Positions 28,237 to 36,958 of a DNA stretch of 64,000 bases are shown here, one piece after another. A model generated the notes under the pieces. It ran no database searches. It was not told the DNA's origin and saw only the letters and a list, made by a program, of their open reading frames with translations. Source of the stretch: an uncultured Mycoplasmatota bacterium (GTDB lineage: Bacteria; Bacillota_I; Bacilli_A; Izemoplasmatales; Izemoplasmataceae); assembly GCA_913062645.1 (NCBI GenBank), contig CAJXVW010000002.1, forward strand, positions 301,433 to 365,432, read 5' to 3'. The stretch's first letter is position 1. The number at the start of each line of letters is the position of its first letter. A program made the translations under genes and the position numbers.

Positions 28237-31200
28237 ATGAATAAAAATGATCTAAATGCGGCTGTTGAGTCATGGAAAGCGCTTAATGAGAACTCAATTA
28301 TTAAATTAGATGAAATGGTCTCCAAGTTGAATAAGGGCTTAATTCCATCAGAAAAGCAAATCTCCGATTTGGTTTCTGGATTATCAGAGTGGGATATAAT
28401 CAGAGTTCGAATCAAAGATTATATATCATCCATTCAAAAGGATGGAAATATAGACACAATAACTCTAGAGGAGTTCACAAAGCTTTCTGATGAGTACATC
28501 AGCTCTTTTTTTGAAGCCTCCTCTAGAATTACAGATATTCTTGAACAGTTCATCCATGTGAAATCAGACGAGCAATATTTTGATGCGGCGATTGAGGAAT
28601 CTCGTAACGACGCAAAAGCATTACTCGAGAAGGTTCCCGACGCCAAATCACCAGAAAATATCGAAACCCTAGTTAAACAGACGGAGATCTACGATTACTT
28701 CATTAAAGCAATCCGGATTGTGGCAGAAAATGTAAAAACGAAGTCTGAAGTACTAAATATGATACCGAGCCTCTTCTCTCCCGATGTAACTCGGGGAGTG
28801 TATACGAACATGTACTACATTGATCAAGACAACACCGCAACTAGATTGGATAAGACATCCGAAACCAATGACTCATCTGACGCCAGTGAACCATCCGCGG
28901 ATACCAATGAAAATAAGGTTGACCTAGTCAAAATCGTCAAAGGTAAGAGAAAAAAAATCAAGGTCTCATCCTTTAAAGGTGATATGGAAAGCCATATTCA
29001 CTATAAGATTTTCGTGACAATTGGAACATATAAGGTTATGAGTCTTGATCAATTGTGTTATGTGGTGAATGATGAATCCAAAAATAATTATGATGAAGAA
29101 TATATTTCTGCGATCGCAGGATCATTGATTAGTCGAGGACACCTATATGAGCTTGAAGTGGCGGGTCTCAAAGAAAATGTATATGTCGTATCCACATATT
29201 CCCGGGAAGCTTTTGACAAGGCAAGTATAAAAGATAGACTGTTCAGTTATTCCAACTTCGGATATCCCGAAGTGTTCAAGATCCCCTTATGGGAAAAAAC
29301 GGGAGCCCCCGAGGCTCGATCACATTACTACAATACAGCGGCTGTAATACAATATGGCAAGTTGATTCAACAATTGTATGATCATACACCAGAACGAAGC
29401 GAAGCAATGAAACACTTGGTGGCCTACGCAGAGAATTTCGCTCTTAAGTTCAATGATGAAGAGGGAAATAAACAAACCGCGGCAATCATTGGTTATGATA
29501 TGTTACTTGATGATCAGATTGATATGCTATCGAATGAGGAAAATCCGATTAGTGTCGCTATTTTGATTGATGAATCACAAATCGAAAACTGCAAATCCGC
29601 TCTAAAACCCCATATGAGTGACTTCATCAATAGGGCTTTCTTGATAACAACTGAGCATGGTTCTGTTTTCCAATATCGTAATGAAGCCCTTACTGAGATT
29701 GGTACCATTTTTAACATGTTCAATGATTCCGCCAAGCCAAAAAGATCCAAGAAGTCCAAAACCCAGCTTCAAGATGAGACTGGCCGTCAGAGGGAAGAGA
29801 TTACATCAGGCCACACTCAATCCACATCAAAACAAAAGGATAAAGCAACGGAAGAGAACAAGAAATCAATTGAAAAAGAATCTACTCAGAAACCAAGTGT
29901 TCCAAAAAAGAAACAAGAAAAATCCTCATCGAAGGAACAGCTTGATTTAAAAGCAATCGCAAGTCAAATAATCGAAAACAATGAGGACTTCGAGATCTGC
30001 AACGTTCAGTTGAGTGACTTGATATGGACAACCATTCAAGAAGGCCGGGTTCCCGAAGCATTGGTACTGACCAAAGCCATCATCGAATCCAACAAAACCA
30101 GCGATAAATGTGAAGAGTTCACTGCCGTCTATGATTGGTTCCGCCACTCCATCAACAATAATCTTGATGAACTCAAATATACTAGTGCTAATATTGAAGA
30201 ACTCGATTTATACGACATTTCCGATTCACTTATCCCAACCAAAATACTATCCACAATGAAGCAATTGGCATTAATTTGGGCAATGCTCCGCCCAACCAAA
30301 AAATACGACCACGGATTCAGAGATAACCATAAGGAGATTATGGACGTAAATACCGGAGTGAGCCTGAAAAGCATTCACCATTTGCTTCACAATATGCATT
30401 TAAACAACGAGATGATGTCCGGATTCTCAAAATCTATCGTATCACTCTTGGAATCGAATCGAGACAGAAACATTGTTCAATCAGATTTTGCAAAACGGGC
30501 AAGCCATTTACAGATTGTCCCATCTCCCACCCAAAGAATCAAAAACCTTCATATCGTATACAAGAATGCTTTCGGAAAATCCTCACCATTATACGAACTG
30601 CTTTCACTCGTTAGAGACAATGCCTCAGATGGTATTGAGAAACTATCGAAATCCTCATTTTATAAAGTTGTACACCATCATGAGATGGATGACACGACCA
30701 TTGAGATTAACAATCACGAGGTTGAAGAGTTCATTTTGAACGAGTGGAACAAAGTTCGTGGTGACTTTGACTTGGAAAACTCCGCATATAAAAATATAAA
30801 GAGTCACATTGTAAGAAGACTCGAGTTGACCATCGATTGGTATGAGCATGCCAAGAACAACAATGTCCTAAATACCAAGATTCTCAACAAGTTCGATTCT
30901 GTCAGACAGCGGGTAATCGGTGCCATTCTTAACATTCACAACAAAATTGAATCAAGTTCGAGAAAACCGAATCCAGTTGTTGCCCAACTCGTCCGCTTTT
31001 CAACGAATCGTATGAAAGACTATCTCCAAGGTGTCTCAAACCAAAACGATTATTTGAACTTCTATAAAACGCCATACGTTTTGATGATTGATCAAATTCC
31101 CGACTTCAAAGCTGAGTTTATCTCAGTAACGGGTTATGAACCTTGGCGTTTGATTGTGAAACACCTAGCAACTGATTTACTTGATCTAGAAGATGCGGCT

Positions 31201-33570
31201 CATGCAATAGACAAAAGGGATAATCCTCATTGGTACTGTAATTACGGTCAGCTGGAACAGATTCATGACATATTGAACCCAGACAAAGACATAACTGACT
31301 TTGAAATGGCAAAAAAAGCTGCTGACAAGTACGCAGACCATAAGTACCAAGAATTTTGCAACGAAGTTGAAATGGCATTTGCGCTATTTCGAATCAACGA
31401 ATCACAAACGGAGTATCTAACTTCACTTGCAGACCGCAATAAAGATTATTTCGTCCAATATTCTGAAGCCGGCAAATTCGTCTTTTTCCTAGAAACGCTG
31501 GAAAAGCAAATCCAGATTGCAACACTCAAGAAACAAGAACTGTTCATGCAACGGTTTAGAAAAATCGAGCTGAATATCGACAAAACTGATAATAATATTG
31601 AAAAAGTCTTATCCATAACGAAAAACTGGATAGATAAGGGTAACTTCACAGTTGCTGAAGAATATCTCAATAGTCTCGCATCCGGTGAGGCCGAACTTAT
31701 ATTTGAAAGCATTCAGAACATCGAGTTCACGAACTATCGCAACGACTTCTTTGATAAACATCATCAACTAGCTCGTGCATGCTCTGCGAATTCAGGGAAA
31801 CGCCTCGCCAGTTTTGGTGCAGATGTCATTTCTTCATATCAGCCAAAGACATCAAAAAGTCAGTTCAATAAGACTGTTCGTAACATCACTGGCAACTGGC
31901 CGCGCATAACCAAAAACGAAGGCAGCTCAGGCTCTTATGCAAAATCAGAAAACGATATTAGAGATCTAATGAAGGTTTTAGGTTTCAGCGCAACAACTGC
32001 AACATATGACATAGCACATCGAAAAAATTACAGCAACTCATATGATGTCGATGTAGTTGCTACCAATGTCATCTTACCAAACTTCAGCCATCCGATTCCT
32101 GAGTTTGGTACCCAAATGACAGAGTTCGTAAAAGTCTTGGCGATATTTGGCGATCGAGGAAACAAAGGCATCACGACTGACATAAGCAATCTTCTTTCTT
32201 CAAGTCCGACGATAGTATTGATTGACAGGGCCCTAAAACTTAGTGACAGAAGAGAAATAGCTGAACTTGTGAAAGGGAACTCCCTCAATATTCCTCAACC
32301 TTTCATCTTAATCGACTGGGTACTGGCATTGTATCTCTGTACAGTTGTTGAGAGCGATCGGATGGCTGCTCTACTTCAATGCTCACTTCCCTTCACCAAT
32401 GTGATGCCATTTGTCAAACTTTCCGGAAAAGTAGCGGACGAAATGTTCATTGGTAGAAGCGACCAATTAAAAGACATCCTTTCCAAGAACGGTAGCAAGT
32501 TGGTCTACGGGGGAAGACAACTGGGCAAGACTGCGTTGTTAAGACGCGCTCAAAGCCTTAAAAACAATCCTGAAAACAAGGTTTACGCTTTGTATTTGGA
32601 AGCGAAGAACATGAACGAGGAAAAATTAACTCAAGAATTAAGTGAACTATTCTTGAAGAACGAGCTATACGTAACGGGTAGTTCAAAAGTCAAAACCATC
32701 GAAGAGTTCTTCAAAAAACTAGATGACATATGGGACAACCAAATCTCGGAACTTCACTTATACATAGACGAAGCAGATGCATTTCTTGATGAATGTTCAA
32801 AAGATGGCTATCAGTTGTTGAATCACTTCATAAAACTGGCTTCAAACAGAAATTTCCGTTTTGTGTTCGCTGGATTGCATGATGTTCTGCGATCACACAC
32901 TGGAACTTCACATAACTCCTCATTACCCCAACTTGGTGATCCACTCGCTATCAAACCACTATCACCATTCGAAGGGTTTAGTCTTCTCGCAAAACCATTA
33001 TCATTCATGGGCATAGATCTAGAGTATGAACAAGCAGCTTTGATACTTGCAAACTCAATGTACTATCCTGGCATCATTCATTTGCTTGGGTATTCCTTAG
33101 TAAACTCGATTTCTGAGCAATACAAATCAAAATTTTATGATGCACAAAACAATCCACCGTATTTTGTCAATGCAATCAACCTCAAGAAAATATTCCGTAA
33201 TGAAAACATAAATGACAAAATCAAGGAACGTTTGGATATGACGCTGGATCTTGAAAAACCAATTATGCCTTATCGAAAGATTGCTGCTGTTTTCTCATAC
33301 CTTTATCACACTGACAAGGACATCGTTGGTTCTGATGGAATTCCCATTGAGCGCATCATGAATTTCATCAAACAGCAAAAAGTACCTTCCATCAAAGATT
33401 TGTCAGCTCCGGGGTTAAAGAATCTATTGCTTGAAATGGTAGGCATGGGGATATTGGCAAGCAACATTAATGATACCAAGTTCATGTTGCGCAAAACTAG
33501 ATTCCGTGACCTCATAGCTCGAGATGATATGGAAGCTATGGCAATGATCGATCCGGAGTTAAGCCAGTGA
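28237..33570 (+). CDS. Giant (1777 aa) protein with a C-terminal P-loop NTPase (Arch_ATPase/AAA+-STAND-like) module
   Basis: FIGRSDQLKDIL...LVYGGRQLGKTALLRRAQ (Walker A, about nt 32500-32540) and LHLYIDEADAF (Walker B, about nt 32755-32785). A Lys-rich disordered stretch lies around nt 29730-29940. The N-terminal ~1300 aa are helical and unrecognised. Confidence 0.55.
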   Translation: MNKNDLNAAVESWKALNENSIIKLDEMVSKLNKGLIPSEKQISDLVSGLSEWDIIRVRIKDYISSIQKDGNIDTITLEEFTKLSDEYISSFFEASSRITDILEQFIHVKSDEQYFDAAIEESRNDAKALLEKVPDAKSPENIETLVKQTEIYDYFIKAIRIVAENVKTKSEVLNMIPSLFSPDVTRGVYTNMYYIDQDNTATRLDKTSETNDSSDASEPSADTNENKVDLVKIVKGKRKKIKVSSFKGDMESHIHYKIFVTIGTYKVMSLDQLCYVVNDESKNNYDEEYISAIAGSLISRGHLYELEVAGLKENVYVVSTYSREAFDKASIKDRLFSYSNFGYPEVFKIPLWEKTGAPEARSHYYNTAAVIQYGKLIQQLYDHTPERSEAMKHLVAYAENFALKFNDEEGNKQTAAIIGYDMLLDDQIDMLSNEENPISVAILIDESQIENCKSALKPHMSDFINRAFLITTEHGSVFQYRNEALTEIGTIFNMFNDSAKPKRSKKSKTQLQDETGRQREEITSGHTQSTSKQKDKATEENKKSIEKESTQKPSVPKKKQEKSSSKEQLDLKAIASQIIENNEDFEICNVQLSDLIWTTIQEGRVPEALVLTKAIIESNKTSDKCEEFTAVYDWFRHSINNNLDELKYTSANIEELDLYDISDSLIPTKILSTMKQLALIWAMLRPTKKYDHGFRDNHKEIMDVNTGVSLKSIHHLLHNMHLNNEMMSGFSKSIVSLLESNRDRNIVQSDFAKRASHLQIVPSPTQRIKNLHIVYKNAFGKSSPLYELLSLVRDNASDGIEKLSKSSFYKVVHHHEMDDTTIEINNHEVEEFILNEWNKVRGDFDLENSAYKNIKSHIVRRLELTIDWYEHAKNNNVLNTKILNKFDSVRQRVIGAILNIHNKIESSSRKPNPVVAQLVRFSTNRMKDYLQGVSNQNDYLNFYKTPYVLMIDQIPDFKAEFISVTGYEPWRLIVKHLATDLLDLEDAAHAIDKRDNPHWYCNYGQLEQIHDILNPDKDITDFEMAKKAADKYADHKYQEFCNEVEMAFALFRINESQTEYLTSLADRNKDYFVQYSEAGKFVFFLETLEKQIQIATLKKQELFMQRFRKIELNIDKTDNNIEKVLSITKNWIDKGNFTVAEEYLNSLASGEAELIFESIQNIEFTNYRNDFFDKHHQLARACSANSGKRLASFGADVISSYQPKTSKSQFNKTVRNITGNWPRITKNEGSSGSYAKSENDIRDLMKVLGFSATTATYDIAHRKNYSNSYDVDVVATNVILPNFSHPIPEFGTQMTEFVKVLAIFGDRGNKGITTDISNLLSSSPTIVLIDRALKLSDRREIAELVKGNSLNIPQPFILIDWVLALYLCTVVESDRMAALLQCSLPFTNVMPFVKLSGKVADEMFIGRSDQLKDILSKNGSKLVYGGRQLGKTALLRRAQSLKNNPENKVYALYLEAKNMNEEKLTQELSELFLKNELYVTGSSKVKTIEEFFKKLDDIWDNQISELHLYIDEADAFLDECSKDGYQLLNHFIKLASNRNFRFVFAGLHDVLRSHTGTSHNSSLPQLGDPLAIKPLSPFEGFSLLAKPLSFMGIDLEYEQAALILANSMYYPGIIHLLGYSLVNSISEQYKSKFYDAQNNPPYFVNAINLKKIFRNENINDKIKERLDMTLDLEKPIMPYRKIAAVFSYLYHTDKDIVGSDGIPIERIMNFIKQQKVPSIKDLSAPGLKNLLLEMVGMGILASNINDTKFMLRKTRFRDLIARDDMEAMAMIDPELSQ

Positions 33571-34700
33571 TTTTTGGTGCCTCGATTTGGTGGGATTTGA
33601 TAACCGGTCCGCGAAGATTCATTCAAGAAGCTTCCAGACTAATCCGTGAAGGCCATTCTATAATGCTTCAAATTAGTCAGGACACCCCTTGGCGAAGTGA
33701 ACTTCGTCTTCAGATTGAACCCCAGTCTAAAACAAGCAAATCTATAATGGTGCTAGATTTTGAAGATACTTATGACGGAACTGATTTTGACAATTACATT
33801 CTAAATCAAATTGCTCCCCAAAAAGCCAATGATTACCGCGCACATGTGCATGGTAATATACAGAATTTCATCACAATGGAAAATTTACTGTCCGACAGAA
33901 TACTTTGGATCAAAGGCATTACACAACAACACAATTCTCGGTGGCAGGAGTTGTTTTCGCAGTGGAAAAGTTCCATTGGACAGTTGGTCCTAGAGTTGAC
34001 TCATAATCAAGAACGAAACCTAGTTAAGCTGGGAAAAAATAAATCCCATTTGTATGATCTAGATTTCATAACGAGCGAAGACAATCGCGTGTTCGTATCC
34101 ATGTTGTGTCGTGAGATGTCGGAAAACGCAACTCACCAGCGCTACCTTACATCATTGTTGGTACACATGTGTGGTATGGATGCGGAAGTTAGCTCAGCAT
34201 GTTTGGAAGAATCTGATTTTCTAAAAGAAGATCCGCTGGAGATAATTACCAAAGTCTACAACAAGCATTTTTTTGGGGGATTCAGAGGATCGTCATCAAA
34301 CAAAATGATTGAGCATCCCTTTTATCACATCAAAAACGATAATCGATCAGCCTTGGAAAAACGAGTCCGTAAAGCACAAGTGGAAGTCTTCTTCCCCATA
34401 ATCGAGGACATAAGAATGGATTTCATAAATCTACACACTGACACACTAAGAAGAATCATGCCAAGTAGTGATCGTTTTGGCAAAGCTGTTCATTCCGTAT
34501 ACGACATGGATATCAACATGGTCGTTTCATGCATTGAGACCAACCGGAATCGGGACAAAGATGCCAAAATCATTTACTACAGTGAAGAGTTTAAATCAAT
34601 CCGTAAATTTCGTGACATTCGGAACAGGTTGGCTCATGCTGAAGTGTTGAACTTGAGTGAAGTTCAGATAATGATTCAATGGAATAGAAAGATATCTTGA
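33567..34700 (+). CDS. Protein with a C-terminal HEPN-like Rx4H motif
   Basis: The GTG start overlaps the giant gene's TGA (GTGA). KFRDIRNRLAHAEVL near the C-terminus resembles the HepT/DUF86-type RNxxxH motif. Confidence 0.5.
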   Translation: MIFGASIWWDLITGPRRFIQEASRLIREGHSIMLQISQDTPWRSELRLQIEPQSKTSKSIMVLDFEDTYDGTDFDNYILNQIAPQKANDYRAHVHGNIQNFITMENLLSDRILWIKGITQQHNSRWQELFSQWKSSIGQLVLELTHNQERNLVKLGKNKSHLYDLDFITSEDNRVFVSMLCREMSENATHQRYLTSLLVHMCGMDAEVSSACLEESDFLKEDPLEIITKVYNKHFFGGFRGSSSNKMIEHPFYHIKNDNRSALEKRVRKAQVEVFFPIIEDIRMDFINLHTDTLRRIMPSSDRFGKAVHSVYDMDINMVVSCIETNRNRDKDAKIIYYSEEFKSIRKFRDIRNRLAHAEVLNLSEVQIMIQWNRKIS

Positions 34701-34710
34701 GAGAATAATA

Positions 34711-34741
34711 TTCACAAAAACTGAATGTTCTATGATACAAT
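34711..34741 (+). promoter_or_regulatory. Promoter of the riboswitch-like leader
   Basis: TTCACA, 19-nt spacer, extended -10 TGATACAAT. The same TGATACAAT recurs at 35462-35470. Confidence 0.45.
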
Positions 34742-34745
34742 ACAA

Positions 34746-34834
34746 GTACCTATGAAGAGTACGCGAGAGACTGGCTCCGTGACCGTACAGCAACCTACCT
34801 AAAGGGCAAGGTGCTAACGCCAGAACGATGGGAC
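34746..34834 (+). promoter_or_regulatory. S-box / SAM-I-like riboswitch aptamer (P4-less variant?)
   Basis: AGAG-UACGC-GAGAGA-CUGGCUCC-GUGA-CCGUAC-AGCAACC-(hairpin ACCU..AGGU)-GCUAACGCCAG tracks the SAM-I core as I remember it (AGAG.GGC.GAGGGA.UGGCCC.AUGA.GCC.GGCAACC...GGUGCUAA.UCCAG). A CUGGC/GCCAG pseudoknot is possible. P1 would be GUACCUAU with AUGGGAC. Confidence 0.5.
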
Positions 34835-34849
34835 TTTTTTTGATGCCTG

Positions 34850-34897
34850 ATCTCCTTTCGTTTGCTCTTCAGGGACCAAACGAAAGGAGATTTTTAT
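34850..34897 (+). terminator. Terminator / SD-sequestering hairpin (expression platform)
   Basis: A 14-bp perfect stem, ATCTCCTTTCGTTT (34850-63) with AAACGAAAGGAGAT (34878-91), followed by TTTT. The 3' arm contains the GGAGA SD of ATG 34902. GAACGAUGGGA (34823-33) can pair with the 5' arm instead, acting as an anti-terminator. Confidence 0.6.
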
Positions 34898-34901
34898 TAT
34901 C

Positions 34902-35444
34902 ATGATTACTAAATGTCAACGTTGTGGTAGTAGAGACATCACTTGGAAGCGTGAAGATTACTACCGCTGCAACACCTGCAAGATCTATGCGAAAGTCATC
35001 AATCAAAAACTGATCAATCGAAAGATCCCAACTCATTGTCCTATATGTGACAGTGATAATGTCGTCGGAACATCAGATTTCAATATCTGTAAAGACTGCG
35101 GAAGTGAAGTCAGGTTTAGGAAGTCGACTGTGAAACGAAGAATATTCAACAATTATGATACTTGGATGTATACCGTGCATAATACCAAGTATGGCCTCTT
35201 GAGATATTGTGGTGTTCAATATGACTGTGATGATGAGCTGGATCGATTGCATCTAATGATCCGCCTAGTAAACAATGATGTAATTGAACTTGATGAAAGC
35301 ATCAACAACTTGCATTATCGTTTCAAAGATTCATCTGTGATCAATTCTTTTAGGGAAACTTTTGCATACAAAGATCAAGACAACGCGAATCTAAACTCCA
35401 AAGCCGTGATACTAAATCTAAAAAAAGTTCGTATTATCTCTTGA
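34902..35444 (+). CDS. Double zinc-ribbon protein (180 aa), unknown function
   Basis: CQRCGS-x15-CNTCK and CPICDS-x13-CKDCG. Lies directly downstream of the riboswitch-like leader. Confidence 0.5.
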   Translation: MITKCQRCGSRDITWKREDYYRCNTCKIYAKVINQKLINRKIPTHCPICDSDNVVGTSDFNICKDCGSEVRFRKSTVKRRIFNNYDTWMYTVHNTKYGLLRYCGVQYDCDDELDRLHLMIRLVNNDVIELDESINNLHYRFKDSSVINSFRETFAYKDQDNANLNSKAVILNLKKVRIIS

Positions 35445-35470
35445 CACATACGGGGATAAGATGATACAAT
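35441..35470 (+). promoter_or_regulatory. Strong promoter for the 438-aa gene
   Basis: TTGACA, 18-nt spacer, TGATACAAT. Confidence 0.5.
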
Positions 35471-35514
35471 GTATTTGTAGCATCACTTGACATTATCGGA
35501 AATGGGGTAATCAC

Positions 35515-36831
35515 ATGTTCTATCCAACCAATCTATTAGCAATCATACAAAGTGACTTCAACGGCTACGAAGAACTTGCAGAAGAACTATCAGAGAAGTA
35601 TGATCTCAAAATGACGGGAAGCACGCTGTATCGCTATGCCTCGGGTGAGAGAACGCCCCCTTTGGAGATTTATCTCGCCGTAGCGGATCATTACAACGTA
35701 TCGCCTGATCAAGTCGCTGGTTGTTACTGCCCTATGTGCATGAATCTACTTCCATCAAACTCGTTTCAAATTGATCGTTTTGGAACAAAAACCAGTTCGA
35801 GATCCGATAAACATGTGGTGATCGACTGTTTGAACTGCGGGTACCTTGCAATGGACAAACACAATCAATACTTCGATGATGAACTTGAGATTAGTTACTT
35901 CGAAAATGAGAGTACCATTGTAACAGATTACATTACAGCCTTTCGCAGAGAAAACAACCTTGAATGGCACGACGTAATCGAGGTCGAAGTAGAATGCATA
36001 ATCGACCAAGTAATCAACAGATTGACTTTGTGTCACGATACAAATACCAAAACCTACATGTTACATCCAATCAATTTTGGTTTCGTGGGCGGGTTAAGCA
36101 CAAATGCCAATGTTTCAGCTCCAAGTTTTGATGATTCTGACATCATTTTGGAGGGAACAAATGCAAATGGCTATTGGCGATTGGTCAGCCAAGAAGATGA
36201 GCCCTACTACATTTTCGAGCTGGAAGCGGGAACTTGCATAGCAAGAAAAACGAGTGCAACCATTCCTGAAATAAACATCATTAGAACTCAAATCTTCTCA
36301 AGCGATTATGTCATTGAGCATGAAAACTGTTATGAAATCACTCGTTCCTTCCTCGTTCGTGATACCCAACTTGCTGAAATGCTCGTCAAAGGCATCGATC
36401 ATGCTGAAGTGCTAAATAATGAATTCCTGTTTGCATTCATGGATATCGACACTCCCGAAAAAGTATCCAACTATGAAGATGTATTGAACAATGCCAAAAC
36501 ATATGCTCAACTGATTGAAGAAAAAAACCCATTCTTCTACTCGAACATGTCATCAAACAGGTATTGGTACTACTTTCCTGAAATTGACACATTCGCCGCG
36601 AACAAGTTTCTCGCCTACAAAAACAACAATTACCTGCTTTACAAGTATTTCACCAACAAAAAGCAGAATCGCGATAAGATGGATGGCGGCCACGCCAATA
36701 GAATTTTATCCAACTTCTTCGTAAAAACCAGTGATCCAACCATCTTGAAGAAGTTTGATAAGTATAAATTAGAACATAATATCAAAGAAACAAAAAGAAT
36801 CCGAAACGCCGAAATCAGAGTCAAGAAGTAA
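35515..36831 (+). CDS. HTH (XRE-like) + zinc-ribbon protein, 438 aa
   Basis: N-terminal TGSTLYRYASGERTPPLEIYLAVADHYNVSPDQV, then CYCPMC ... DCLNCG. The rest is unrecognised. Confidence 0.45.
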   Translation: MFYPTNLLAIIQSDFNGYEELAEELSEKYDLKMTGSTLYRYASGERTPPLEIYLAVADHYNVSPDQVAGCYCPMCMNLLPSNSFQIDRFGTKTSSRSDKHVVIDCLNCGYLAMDKHNQYFDDELEISYFENESTIVTDYITAFRRENNLEWHDVIEVEVECIIDQVINRLTLCHDTNTKTYMLHPINFGFVGGLSTNANVSAPSFDDSDIILEGTNANGYWRLVSQEDEPYYIFELEAGTCIARKTSATIPEINIIRTQIFSSDYVIEHENCYEITRSFLVRDTQLAEMLVKGIDHAEVLNNEFLFAFMDIDTPEKVSNYEDVLNNAKTYAQLIEEKNPFFYSNMSSNRYWYYFPEIDTFAANKFLAYKNNNYLLYKYFTNKKQNRDKMDGGHANRILSNFFVKTSDPTILKKFDKYKLEHNIKETKRIRNAEIRVKK

Positions 36832-36853
36832 TCTAATTGGAACGTGAGGGATC

Positions 36854-36943
36854 ATGAAATCATTCAGTAGTCTTGTTAGAAGCATATCAAAGGCCATTTT
36901 TGCGATCGTCTTCGCAATGCTCGCGATCGCCAAGAAGAAATAA
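36854..36943 (+). CDS. Possible 29-aa hydrophobic peptide (type-I-toxin-like shape)
   Basis: MKSFSSLVRSISKAIFAIVFAMLAIAKKK: a single TM-like helix with a KKK tail. GTGAGGGA lies upstream. Not in the ORF track because it is too short. Confidence 0.25.
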   Translation: MKSFSSLVRSISKAIFAIVFAMLAIAKKK

Positions 36944-36958
36944 GGAAGGGAAGATACT

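Noticed and set aside
34864-34877. CTCTTCA in the terminator loop as the 3' strand of riboswitch P1 (complementary to TGAAGAG at 34753-59)
   Set aside because: In SAM-I the AGAG segment is a junction, not part of P1. The AUGGGAC pairing at 34828-34 gives a more canonical P1 and a coherent anti-terminator switch. I kept this only as an alternative fold to test.
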